Shown here one piece after another: positions 48,429-57,872 of a stretch of 64,000 nucleotides of DNA. The translations under genes and the position numbers were made by a program. The stretch covers positions 52,031 to 116,030 of the forward strand of contig JBCCQX010000004.1 in NCBI GenBank assembly GCA_039208585.1, given 5' to 3'. A model generated the notes under the pieces. That model had not been told where the DNA came from. It saw only the letters and a program-made list of their open reading frames with translations, and did not search any database. This DNA is from Pseudomonadota bacterium (GTDB lineage: Bacteria > Pseudomonadota > Alphaproteobacteria > Rhodobacterales > Rhodobacteraceae). Numbering within the stretch: position 1 is the first letter of the stretch; the number at the start of each line of letters is the position of its first letter.

Positions 48429-48554
48429 CGTTCGCTGTATTTCAACCTTGATAAACTATGTCGAGCTAGTTATGTCAGAAGAGGCAGAGAAAAGCAGCAG
48501 GTGCGCCCATGAAAACGTCGTTTCCGCCCATCGTTATCGTATAACTGAGCACTG

Positions 48555-49226
48555 TTACGGCGCATCGCACTTGGCAAGAGCGATCGACCGGTCCAAAGCC
48601 TCAAGTGCGCAACGGGCAGCATAAGTGGCTCTCTTGCCCTCTTCAAAATACGCTTCAATGACCTGTTTTCGCTTTGAGATGTCCTTTTTCTCAAACAGCC
48701 CAGCGGTAAACGCTTTGATCAGTTCAACCACGTATTCATCCGCTTGATAATACTTGATCACAGGCGCGATTACATCTTCCGGCAGATCCGCCAATTCGTC
48801 CTTGATATGGTCAAAGACGTCATTCTCTTTCGCAACCACGCCGATTGGCATCGAATGCTCTGCGCGTTTTGCATTTTCAACGCCAGCGATCAAAGCCTGC
48901 TTGCGCGTTGCCGCCGTGCCACCCTCAAATTGAGCGATGTAATTTTCAAGCTGCATCGAAATCTCGGCCCGAATTGCCACCAGCAACCGGCGTTGGCGCG
49001 CATGACGACGCTCATCTTCTCTGCGCTTCTCCCAGGTGATGCGCAGGTTCCAGAGCATAACTGCCCCGATCAACGCCACGATATAGCCGCTCACACGGAT
49101 AAGATCGGACGCGTAAGTGGTCGCGAATGCGGTCATGGCGCCGCGATACTCCACCAAAACGATGAAGGCAGCCAGACACAACAAAAGCACGGCAAGCGCG
49201 CCAAATCCTGACGAGGCCGACCTCAT
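48555..49226 (-). CDS. Orphan membrane protein (2 N-terminal TM plus helical domain) inside the ABC operon
   Basis: ATG at 49226 overlaps the permease stop (ATGA); two hydrophobic helices followed by charged 'EKRREDERRHARQRR'. Confidence 0.7.
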   Translation of the reverse strand: MRSASSGFGALAVLLLCLAAFIVLVEYRGAMTAFATTYASDLIRVSGYIVALIGAVMLWNLRITWEKRREDERRHARQRRLLVAIRAEISMQLENYIAQFEGGTAATRKQALIAGVENAKRAEHSMPIGVVAKENDVFDHIKDELADLPEDVIAPVIKYYQADEYVVELIKAFTAGLFEKKDISKRKQVIEAYFEEGKRATYAARCALEALDRSIALAKCDAP

Positions 49227-50191
49227 CTTAACCTGGGGTTCAGCGCATCGCGCAGCCAGTCGCCCAGTAGGTTCACCGACAGTGCCAACGCCAGCAAAGT
49301 GCAGGCGGGGAAAAACAAGATCCACCACTCGCCTGAAAACAGAAAACCCTGGCCGATGCGGATCAATGTGCCCAACGAGGGCTGGGTGGGCGGCGCGCCC
49401 ACGCCCAGAAAGCTCAGCGTTGCCTCTGCAATGATCGCCAGCGCGAGGGAAATCGTGGCGATCACCAGCACCGGAGACAGCACATTGGGCAGAATGTGGC
49501 GCACCATGATCGCCAAGGGTCTGCGCCCGATGAGTTGAGCGGCGGCGACATAATCTTTGCTCTTTTCGACCAGCGTCGCCCCGCGCACGACGCGGGCAAA
49601 CTGCACCCAGTCAGACAGCCCGATGGCCAGGATCAGCACCCAAATCGCCATTTGATCGCGGTATTCAACCGGCGTGATGCCTTTGGCGATGCCGAAGATC
49701 AGCATGGCAACCAAGATGGAGGGGAAGGTCAACTGCACGTCTGCCGCACGCATAATGATGGTTTCGGTCCAGCCGCCGATGTATCCCGCCAGCAGCCCGA
49801 GGATGATGCCCAGCACCATCGCAAACAGCACCGCCGCCACGCCAACAAACAGCGATATGCGCATGCCGTAGAGAATGGTCGAAAACACGTCACGCCCTTG
49901 ATCATCTGTGCCGAACAGAAAAATCTCCCCCGTGAAGGCGTTGGGCGCCATGGGGGGAGTGAACCCGTTCATCAAGTTCAAGCTGGCCGGATCGAATGGG
50001 TTCGTCGGCGCAATCAACGGTGCCAAAATAGCCGAGAATACCAGCAATGCCGCCACCCCGGCAGAGATGAGGGCAACGGGGGATCGGCGAAACGCATAAA
50101 ACACATCGCTGTCTAGCGCCCGCCGAAGCGTGGACGGCATCTTGTGTCCCTCTTCCACCATGGGGGTTTGCGGAACGGGTTGGTCCGTCAT
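49223..50191 (-). CDS. ABC transporter permease (DppC-like)
   Basis: GTDDQGRDVFS, EAA-type loop 'DYVAAA...G', RHILPN and GDWLRDALNPR motifs. Confidence 0.95.
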   Translation of the reverse strand: MTDQPVPQTPMVEEGHKMPSTLRRALDSDVFYAFRRSPVALISAGVAALLVFSAILAPLIAPTNPFDPASLNLMNGFTPPMAPNAFTGEIFLFGTDDQGRDVFSTILYGMRISLFVGVAAVLFAMVLGIILGLLAGYIGGWTETIIMRAADVQLTFPSILVAMLIFGIAKGITPVEYRDQMAIWVLILAIGLSDWVQFARVVRGATLVEKSKDYVAAAQLIGRRPLAIMVRHILPNVLSPVLVIATISLALAIIAEATLSFLGVGAPPTQPSLGTLIRIGQGFLFSGEWWILFFPACTLLALALSVNLLGDWLRDALNPRLR

Positions 50192-51159
50192 GGTCGCGTC
50201 ACCCGCAATCTTGGATCAATGAAGGCATAGAGAATATCCACCAGCAAATTGATCAGCACGAACATCACCGAAATCAGCATCAGATAGGCAGCCATCACCG
50301 GTATATCCACGAATTGAATCGCGTTGATAAACAACAGGCCCAACCCTGGCCACTGAAAAACCGTCTCTGTGATGATGGCGAAAGCAATGATCGCGCCCAA
50401 CTGCAGCCCGATGATGGTGATAACGGGGATCATCGTGTTCTTGAGCGCGTGGCGAAAGTTGATCACCCGGTCGCTTAACCCGCGCGCGCGCGCGAAACGG
50501 ATGTAGTCTTGGCGCAATACCTCCAGCATTTCGGACCGCACCAGACGCATAATCAGCGTCATCTGATACAGGCCCAGGGTGATCGACGGCAGCACCAGAG
50601 CTTTCAAGCCACTTTGCGTCAGCAAACCCGTGCTCCAACCGCCAATGTCAACCAGATCACCGCGCCCAAAGCTGCGCAACCACCCTAATTCGACGGCAAA
50701 GACGTAGATCAGCAGAATGCCGATCAGAAACGTGGGCAGAGACACGCCAATCAAGGAAACCGACATGATGAGATTGGCAACAAACCCGTCGCGCCGAATG
50801 GCTGTGAAGACACCCAAAGCAATGCCCAGGACCACGGCAAAGACGGCTGAAACGGCGGCGAGTTCCAGGGTGGCGGGTGCCCGTTCCAAAATGATTTCGG
50901 ACACCTCGCGCCCCTGACGGTAGCTAACGCCGAAATTCCCCTCGATAGCGCCCTGTAGAAAGCGGAAATACTGAACTGGAAACGGCTGATCGAGGCCGAG
51001 TTGAACGCGCAAGCGCTCCACATCTTCTATGGTGCGCTCTTGACCGAGCATGTTATCAATGGGATCGCCCACAAAGCGAAACATCGAAAACGCCACCGCC
51101 CCCACGATCAACAACACGAGCACGGACTGGCCGATCCGCCGAATGATGAATGACAGCAT
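50188..51159 (-). CDS. ABC transporter permease (DppB-like)
   Basis: GNFGVSYR, PATLELA, 'QDYIRFARARGL', HALKN, ETVFQWPGLG and DPRLR motifs. Confidence 0.95.
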   Translation of the reverse strand: MLSFIIRRIGQSVLVLLIVGAVAFSMFRFVGDPIDNMLGQERTIEDVERLRVQLGLDQPFPVQYFRFLQGAIEGNFGVSYRQGREVSEIILERAPATLELAAVSAVFAVVLGIALGVFTAIRRDGFVANLIMSVSLIGVSLPTFLIGILLIYVFAVELGWLRSFGRGDLVDIGGWSTGLLTQSGLKALVLPSITLGLYQMTLIMRLVRSEMLEVLRQDYIRFARARGLSDRVINFRHALKNTMIPVITIIGLQLGAIIAFAIITETVFQWPGLGLLFINAIQFVDIPVMAAYLMLISVMFVLINLLVDILYAFIDPRLRVTRP

Positions 51160-51185
51160 GGCGCCTCCTTTTCAGTGCCTGCGCA

Positions 51186-51245
51186 GCCCCGGGCTTGACC
51201 CGGGGCCTCCCGGCCGCCCAAGAGGTCCCGGGTCACGCCCGGGAC
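51186..51245. repeat. Paired REP-like palindromes (family C)
   Basis: GCCCCGGGCTTGACCCGGGGC (51186-51206) and GTCCCGGGTCACGCCCGGGAC (51225-51245). Confidence 0.75.
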
Positions 51246-51267
51246 GGGTCTCGCTTAGGTTTACCGC

Positions 51268-51489
51268 AGTCTATCGTGACACACCGTAAGATAAAGAAGT
51301 TATCGGGTCGCTGCACCATATTGGTACTCAAGCACGCACCACACACCAGAGGTTGCACGTAGAGCGTCACGAGGCGACCTTTCCCTGTAGGATCTTCGCG
51401 GCATCGTACATCGCCTGGCGCTTCACCGCGTCGATCTCAGAGTGGATCATCGGTAGCAACTCATCAATGCGCGCATTCGCATACAGGTT
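51268..51489 (-). pseudogene. 3' remnant of a second family-5 ABC substrate-binding protein gene
   Basis: Translates as NLYANARIDELLPMIHSEIDAVKRQAMYDAAKILQGKVA, then after a 1-nt frameshift VTLYVQPLVCGA...VQRPDNFFILRCVT. This resembles family-5 SBP C-termini; no start or 5' part is present. Confidence 0.78.
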
Positions 51490-51545
51490 TAATTAAGTCT
51501 TTTTTCAATACACTTGATATTGCCAATTCACAAATAACCCTCGCA

Positions 51546-53450
51546 TCATCTTTTTCTGCGCGTTATTCTATTTTCCCCAGCCGTCTGCGGGATCTCTTCA
51601 TTTGGACGAACTGTTTGCTCTTCCTCTTCAGCTAAAGCGCACATAGAAGAGCTTGCCCAACGGGATTTATCACAGGCAAACGTTAAAGTTCCCAACACGA
51701 CCCCCAAAACGGTTGCTAGAACCAGAACCCAATTTGTAAATTTAATCTGCTGACGCCTTATCTCCGATGCAAGACTCTCGAGCCTTCCATTAATGCGTTG
51801 AATGAAAACTGACTGCCCTTCCACGAAGGCAAATGTTGCGTATAGCCTTCGTCTCATGAGCTCTTGATATGACTGATAACCCGGTATTTTCCCTTCGTTT
51901 AAGTCACCGATCCGCTCTCGATAAGAGCGGGCGTAGTAAGTGGATCGAGCGATCCGGTATTGTAGTCCCCCAACAAGCATTCTCTTCCCATTTTTGCGCT
52001 GTTCGCTGTCAGGGTCGCCGTATATCGCGTTAAAGACCTCCTCATCTGCAAAACCAGTCTCCTCTATTTTGCGAAGTTTCGCAGAAAGTTCTCTATAATT
52101 CTGGGCAAGTTTCAAAGCGCCTCTGGGGGAATCGAGTGCTGCAATCGTCTCTTTTTCAAGTTCCTCCATTTCATATTTTGCATGATATAGTCTCGGAAGC
52201 TGCCGTACTGCCATCAATCTTAAGGTACCGAGCGAAAACAGACGAAAAAGTAGACGGCTCAGCTGCCAAGGGTCCGTCAGACTCGACGCCTTCATCAGCG
52301 TGAGGGGATTTCGTGTTTCACCCGTGTTTTCAACCGCTTCAAATCCCAGAGAGGATACGTATAGCACAGATTGATTTAAGAACGTTGCCGCAACAATTTC
52401 AGATTTACCTTCGTCGTGACGCGCATTGGCCCATATAGGTCGATACTTACTAAGCTCGTTCGCAACAAACTCATCCGCAAACAGACTCTTTTGAGATGCT
52501 GACCCACGAGCTATTGCTTCAATGCCAGGCAACTTTGCACGTTGATAATGAAATTTGTGCCGGTTGTCTTTTTGACGCTGGCCTGCTTCTTCTGACGGCT
52601 CATCAACGGTCTGTAATTCAACTTTTGGGAATTTAGCTTTTGGATGCTGAGGCGACACGAGGCGAAAATCGCCAAAATACTGCAGCGAAGCTTTTCTGGA
52701 CACAGGAGCCAATAAAGCAGAGGCGCCACCACCGCTGTGGCTTTGCTTATGTAAAGATGCATCAACTTTCTCCCAAATTTCTTCAAACAGTATCTTACGC
52801 AGGCATGCGTTATCCTCTGGCGCTGGTTTAAGGTGAGGCACATCGCGCACACCCATAAGATACTGAAGCTTCGATGCAATCTCTGAGTTATAACCGAGCC
52901 GATAGAACATATCTGTGTTAAAAGGTAATTCGATGATTTGCGTCATCGTCATGTATTCACCGAAGATATCGCCGCGTAAAAGCAGACGCAGATGATATGC
53001 ATCCTGATCGGTAGGCAGGTGGTCGCAGCGATGCTCTGGCGGCAAAGCATCGTTTTCATTGTATTTTATCGGCGCGCCGTCCTTGCCAAAGGGGATCGGG
53101 ACGGGATGCGAAAGATACGGCTTTGAAATGCGCAAATGCGCTGGTCGATCCCCTAATTTATTGTTATTGCTTGCTGGAAGCGACAAATCTGGGTTGGCAT
53201 CGAAAATCCACCTATCCTGCGTGTTGTCGCTTAGACAGGAAGGGTCACAAGCCTTTAGTAAATTTTGAAAAGCGACAATACTTTTTAAAACTTTGTCTTT
53301 CGAATTTTCAAGTTCTTCGCTTGGAACGAACGAGATATGCCTGCCTAAAAGTGGCCCGGCTAGCCACGGATACACACGACGATGGGTTTCCCTGTGTATC
53401 TCATTGTAATGCGCGATTGGTTCGAAATAGTGCTTCGAGGGATCATACAT
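51546..53450 (-). CDS. AT-rich orphan; C-terminal third resembles DUF3422 membrane proteins
   Basis: 634-aa ORF; 'RLLFRLFSLGTLRLMAVRQLP' and 'YRIARSTYY...RIGDLNEGKIPGYQSYQELMRRRL' are followed by a C-terminal TM. G+C is 24/60 at 53221-53280 versus 38/60 in fabB at 55501-55560. Confidence 0.75.
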   Translation of the reverse strand: MYDPSKHYFEPIAHYNEIHRETHRRVYPWLAGPLLGRHISFVPSEELENSKDKVLKSIVAFQNLLKACDPSCLSDNTQDRWIFDANPDLSLPASNNNKLGDRPAHLRISKPYLSHPVPIPFGKDGAPIKYNENDALPPEHRCDHLPTDQDAYHLRLLLRGDIFGEYMTMTQIIELPFNTDMFYRLGYNSEIASKLQYLMGVRDVPHLKPAPEDNACLRKILFEEIWEKVDASLHKQSHSGGGASALLAPVSRKASLQYFGDFRLVSPQHPKAKFPKVELQTVDEPSEEAGQRQKDNRHKFHYQRAKLPGIEAIARGSASQKSLFADEFVANELSKYRPIWANARHDEGKSEIVAATFLNQSVLYVSSLGFEAVENTGETRNPLTLMKASSLTDPWQLSRLLFRLFSLGTLRLMAVRQLPRLYHAKYEMEELEKETIAALDSPRGALKLAQNYRELSAKLRKIEETGFADEEVFNAIYGDPDSEQRKNGKRMLVGGLQYRIARSTYYARSYRERIGDLNEGKIPGYQSYQELMRRRLYATFAFVEGQSVFIQRINGRLESLASEIRRQQIKFTNWVLVLATVLGVVLGTLTFACDKSRWASSSMCALAEEEEQTVRPNEEIPQTAGENRITRRKR

Positions 53451-53470
53451 TTAAATCAAAAATTCATGCA

Positions 53471-53499
53471 AAGAGGGCGGCGCATGTCGCGCGCCGCCC
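53471..53499 (-). terminator. Probable intrinsic terminator after the SBP gene
   Basis: Minus strand reads GGGCGGCGC-GCGACAT-GCGCCGCCC then TCTTT, 7 nt after the stop. Confidence 0.7.
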
Positions 53500-53506
53500 A
53501 AATATC

Positions 53507-55087
53507 TTAGTTCATCGTGAAATATTTCACCTTTGGCTGATCTTCAGGATCAACCTCGATGCCGACACCGTCCGCCATGCCCCAGTTCAGAACTTGGTGG
53601 TGGATCGGGATGTAAAGCGCTTCATCCTGCACCACGCGCCAGATCGCTGCGATATCTGCGTTGCGCGCATCAAGGTCGGTGTTGGACGCCAGTGATTTGA
53701 TCTTGGCGTCAAGATCATCGTTGTCAAAACCGGTTCCGTTCCACGTGCCGATGTCGCTTTCGCGGCCATGCACCAGGAAGTTGAACACATATTCCGAATC
53801 GTATGTCGGCACGCCCCAACCCAGCATGTAGAAATCAGTTGCCCCATTGGTGATCTTCGGGAAATGCTGCGCTTTCGGGATGGCATCAAGGTTCACTGTG
53901 ATGCCGATCTGACCCAGCATGCCCACGGCCGCCTGGCAAATCGCCTCGTCATTGATGTAGCGATCATTTGGGCAGTCCAATCGGATCGAGAACCCATCGC
54001 CATAGCCTGCCTCGGTCATCAGCGCCTTGGCGGCATCGATGTCCGTGCTGCTCTCAGCGTCCATCTCAGCGGTCCAACCGTTCACGAAGGGCGGCGCGAT
54101 CATGCCGGCAGGCTCAGACTGACCCCGCATCACGACTTGCTGGATAGCATCGCGGTTGATCGCCATGGACATTGCCTTGCGCACCCGCACATCCGCGAGC
54201 GGGTTGGCACCGTCGACATTGTCTGCCTCGATGTCATCCGGGCCCTGGTTCATGCCGAAAAAGATCACCCGGTTCTGAGGCGCCTTTTTGACGACCAAAC
54301 CGTCCGCCGCGTCAACGCGCTGCAAGTCTTGCACGGGCATGTCTTGCAAAAAGTTCACCTCGCCCGACAACAAGGCCGCAACGCGTGTCGCCGCATTTTG
54401 GATCGGGGTGTAGATGATTTCCGTCACCTCCATCGGGAATTGATCGCGCCCCCAATACTCCTCGTTACGCTCCATCACGGTACGCACATCTGGCTCACGG
54501 CTCACCAGTTTATACGGCCCTGTCCCATTGGCATTGGTCGTGGCAAAGGTAATCTCGCCGCCTTCGAAATCTTGCACGTTCACCGTGTCATTCGCCTCGG
54601 TCCAGCCCTGATCCATGATGAACAGATTGGTCAAATTCGATGGCAAAATCGGGTTGGGCCCGTCGGTCACCATCTCGATGGTGAAATCGTCAACCGCGCG
54701 CACCTCGGTGATTGAACCGATCAATTCCTTCATGTCCGAATTTGGTTGTTTTGCCCGTTCAAAGCTAAACACGACGTCCGCCGCGGTGAATTCGGCACCG
54801 TCATGGAATGTCACCCCTTGGCGCAGGTTGAAGACCCAGACATTTGGATCATCCGCGCTGGGTGCCCAATCTGTGGCCAAGGCAGGCTCAAAAGCACCGG
54901 TCGTATCGCGGATGATCAGCGGTTCATACATTTGGTGGCGGATCGTATGCGTCGGCCCTTCGTTTTGTGCATGCGGATCGAGCGTCAGCGCGTCACCCGC
55001 GCGCGCCCATCGCAGCGTCTCGGCATTTGCCAGCGCCGTCGTTGACAACAGCGCAGCGACCGTGAGCAAACCAGTCAATTTAGTCAT
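53507..55087 (-). CDS. ABC transporter substrate-binding protein, family 5 (DppA-like)
   Basis: Signal peptide; TLDPHAQNEG, 'W.FNLRQGVTFHDG', GTGPYKL and RVRKAMSMAINR motifs. Confidence 0.95.
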   Translation of the reverse strand: MTKLTGLLTVAALLSTTALANAETLRWARAGDALTLDPHAQNEGPTHTIRHQMYEPLIIRDTTGAFEPALATDWAPSADDPNVWVFNLRQGVTFHDGAEFTAADVVFSFERAKQPNSDMKELIGSITEVRAVDDFTIEMVTDGPNPILPSNLTNLFIMDQGWTEANDTVNVQDFEGGEITFATTNANGTGPYKLVSREPDVRTVMERNEEYWGRDQFPMEVTEIIYTPIQNAATRVAALLSGEVNFLQDMPVQDLQRVDAADGLVVKKAPQNRVIFFGMNQGPDDIEADNVDGANPLADVRVRKAMSMAINRDAIQQVVMRGQSEPAGMIAPPFVNGWTAEMDAESSTDIDAAKALMTEAGYGDGFSIRLDCPNDRYINDEAICQAAVGMLGQIGITVNLDAIPKAQHFPKITNGATDFYMLGWGVPTYDSEYVFNFLVHGRESDIGTWNGTGFDNDDLDAKIKSLASNTDLDARNADIAAIWRVVQDEALYIPIHHQVLNWGMADGVGIEVDPEDQPKVKYFTMN

Positions 55088-55404
55088 AAGTGCCTCCCCT
55101 TAGGCTTTGTGAGCATTGATTCTCATCGACAGAGGATGCCCAGCCGCGCCGGGACATCAAGCGGAAAGGTCGTGTGGCGCATCGCGACCGCTTCGCACCA
55201 CCAGAACACGCGCAGCGCCCACACAAGATGCAATACGCATGAGATCAATCCGTCGAACACAGCAGCATCGGTATCAAGCAGTCGCACCACCGTCACGCGA
55301 TGAAAAGAACCGCGGCTCCGCCGAAAAGGCGCCCAAACCAATCGTCTTGCGCCCCTGCGCCCGGATACCCTACATAGGCGCTGTGCATTAAAGGAGTGCT
55401 GCGC

Positions 55405-56634
55405 ATGCGTCGCGTCGTCGTCACAGGCTTGGGCATCGTCTCATCCATCGGGAACAACGCGGCAGAGGTGGTGAACGCGCTGCGCCTGGGGCAGAGCGGT
55501 ATCGAAGCCAGCGATGAGATGGCCGCCCATGGATTTCGTAGCCAGGTCGCGGGCACCCTCAAAATCGATGTCACCGAACACATCGACAAACGCAGCTTGC
55601 GCTTCATGGGGCCGGGCGCCGCCTATTCTCACATCGCGTTGCAGCAGGCCATCGCCGATGCGGGGTTGAGCGACGCGCTTGTCAGCCATTCGCGTACCGG
55701 ATTGGTGGCGGGCTCCGGCGGGCCGTCCACCTCGGCGATGAAAGCGGCCCACGACATCGTTGATCGCACCGGTGCTACCAAACGCATCGGTCCCTTCGCA
55801 GTACCCAAATGCATGTCGTCGACAATCAGCGCGAATCTCGCGACCGCCTTCAAGGTGAAGGGCATCAACTATTCCATCACCTCTGCCTGTTCGACGTCGC
55901 TCCACTGCATCGGCAATGCGGCCGAGCAGATCATGTTGGGCAAACAAGACGTGATGTTTGCGGGCGGTGGCGAAGAACTGGACTGGACGCTGAGCTGTCT
56001 CTTCGACGCGATGGGCGCCATGAGCAGCAAATTCAACGACACGCCGCAACGCGCCAGCCGCGCTTTTGACGCAGACCGTGATGGGTTTGTGATCACCGGC
56101 GGCGGCGGCATGGTCGTTCTGGAAAGCCTTGATCACGCCCGCGCCCGGGGGGCGAAAATCTATGCTGAGATCACCGGCTTCGCAGCAACCTCTGACGGAC
56201 ATGACATGGTGGCCCCTTCTGGCGAAGGCGGTGCGCGGGCGATGCAACTGGCGCTTGGCACGCTGCCCGAGGGGCGCAAAGTAAGTTACATCAATGCCCA
56301 TGGCACCTCAACGCCCGTGGGCGACGTCCCCGAGATCGAGGCGGTGCGCCACGTCTTTGGTGCGGGTGATACGCCCCCGGTGAGCTCGACCAAGTCGCTC
56401 ACAGGTCATGGTCAGGGGGCCGCTGGCGCGATGGAGGCGATCTTTTGCCTGCTGATGCTGGAGCATGACTTCATCGCACCTTCCATCAACGTGGATAGGC
56501 TGGACCCTGCGCTTGACGCGGCCGAGATCGCAACGCAGCGCGTTGACAACGCTGGGCTCGATTCAGTGATGACCAACTCTTTTGGGTTCGGCGGTACGAA
56601 CGGGTCGATGATCCTTTCCAAATTCACGGGGTAG
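55405..56634 (+). CDS. fabB: Beta-ketoacyl-ACP synthase I
   Basis: RRVVVTGLG, SACSTSLH, NAHGTST, KSLTGH and NSFGFGGTN motifs; AAGGAG Shine-Dalgarno. Confidence 0.95.
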   Translation: MRRVVVTGLGIVSSIGNNAAEVVNALRLGQSGIEASDEMAAHGFRSQVAGTLKIDVTEHIDKRSLRFMGPGAAYSHIALQQAIADAGLSDALVSHSRTGLVAGSGGPSTSAMKAAHDIVDRTGATKRIGPFAVPKCMSSTISANLATAFKVKGINYSITSACSTSLHCIGNAAEQIMLGKQDVMFAGGGEELDWTLSCLFDAMGAMSSKFNDTPQRASRAFDADRDGFVITGGGGMVVLESLDHARARGAKIYAEITGFAATSDGHDMVAPSGEGGARAMQLALGTLPEGRKVSYINAHGTSTPVGDVPEIEAVRHVFGAGDTPPVSSTKSLTGHGQGAAGAMEAIFCLLMLEHDFIAPSINVDRLDPALDAAEIATQRVDNAGLDSVMTNSFGFGGTNGSMILSKFTG

Positions 56635-56643
56635 AACGGGCAT

Positions 56644-57435
56644 ATGTCGGGAGTGCTGAAAGGGAAACGCGGGCTCATCATGGGCGTAGCGAATGAACGG
56701 TCCATCGCCTGGGGCATCGCCAACGCCATGGCGGAAGCAGGGGCGGAACTGGCGTTCACCTATCAAGGCGATGCTTTCGGCGCACGCCTGAAACCGCTGG
56801 CAGAGCGGATCGGCGCCGATTTCATGGTCGATGCGGATGTGACCGACGACACATCGCTCGATAAAGCCTTTGACAGTTTGGCACATCGCTGGCCCACGAT
56901 TGACTTCGTGGTCCACGCCATCGCCTTTTCAGACAAATCTGAGCTCACCGGCCGCTTCCTGAATACCAGCCGCGCCAATTTCAAACATTCACTCGATATC
57001 TCAGCCTACAGCTTTATCGAGATTGCGCGCCGGGCCCATCCGATGATGGTTGAAAACGGCGGTACGCTGCTCACGCTGACATACCAAGGCTCAAATCGTG
57101 TCGTGCCCAACTACAATGTCATGGGCGTGGCCAAAGCTGCACTGGAAAGTGCCACGCGCTATCTCGCAAATGATCTTGGGCCAGATGGCATCCGCGTGAA
57201 CGCGATATCACCCGGCCCCATGAAAACCCTCGCGGGGGCTGCCATCGGCGGCGCCAGGCGCACTTACAAACATGCCGATCAAAACGCCCCCCTGCGCGCC
57301 AATGCGACCCTGGCGGCCGTCGGCGGCACAGCGGTCTATCTGGCCTCAGAGGCAGGCGCCTGCACCACGGGAGAGGTCATTCGCGTAGACGGTGGTTTTC
57401 ACGTGCTGGGCATGCCACAACAGCAAAACCTCTAA
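56644..57435 (+). CDS. fabI: Enoyl-ACP reductase
   Basis: GVANERSIAWGIA, YNVMGVAKAALE and NAISPGP motifs; follows fabB. Confidence 0.93.
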   Translation: MSGVLKGKRGLIMGVANERSIAWGIANAMAEAGAELAFTYQGDAFGARLKPLAERIGADFMVDADVTDDTSLDKAFDSLAHRWPTIDFVVHAIAFSDKSELTGRFLNTSRANFKHSLDISAYSFIEIARRAHPMMVENGGTLLTLTYQGSNRVVPNYNVMGVAKAALESATRYLANDLGPDGIRVNAISPGPMKTLAGAAIGGARRTYKHADQNAPLRANATLAAVGGTAVYLASEAGACTTGEVIRVDGGFHVLGMPQQQNL

Positions 57436-57700
57436 GGCCAGAACCCATGCACCCCATCCCCTCAGCGGCCCCGCCTTTTTGCCCCCCAAGATGCGGCACA
57501 TTTGATCAAAAAAGACCCACGATGCCTGCTCAAATTCCCCTGGTCCAGAACAAAACCAATTGAACTGATGACACGGGACCAGGGTCTCGACCTTAAAGTG
57601 TCTCGAGAAAAAATTTAAAGACCCATACTCTGCCGCGCCTTTGGCGCTCTCAGGGTCTTGCATTCATTTTATCTCAACGCTTCTCGAAACGCTTGAGCTC

Positions 57701-57766
57701 TTTTTCATCTTGCCTGAAAACTCCGGGGGGAGGTCGCGCGGCGCGCGACCTGGGGGCTGGCCCCCC
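57701..57766 (+). repeat. Family B repeat, copy 5, with an inserted hairpin
   Basis: TTTTTCATCTTGCCTGAAAACTCCGGGGGG-[AGGTCGCGCGGCGCGCGACCT]-GGGGGCTGGCCCCCC. Confidence 0.72.
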
Positions 57767-57816
57767 ACGCCATACCCCGCGCAGAACCCTTTCCGGGCAT
57801 TGGCGCCGTCACGGTT

Positions 57817-57872
57817 CCAGACCTGATCCAGGACCGCCGCCGTTAGAAGAGGTCCCGGATCACGTCCGGGAC
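57817..57872. repeat. Paired REP-like palindromes (family C)
   Basis: Degenerate CCAGACCTGATCCAGG plus GTCCCGGATCACGTCCGGGAC, the same layout as 51186-51245. Confidence 0.68.

Noticed and set aside
53768-54715. 315-aa plus-strand ORF
   Set aside because: Antisense shadow of the SBP gene.
55441-56301. 286-aa minus-strand ORF
   Set aside because: Antisense shadow of fabB.
57346-57663. 105-aa minus-strand ORF in the AT-richer gap after fabI
   Set aside because: It overlaps fabI antisense and has no recognisable motif. It could be a decayed remnant, but I cannot support that.
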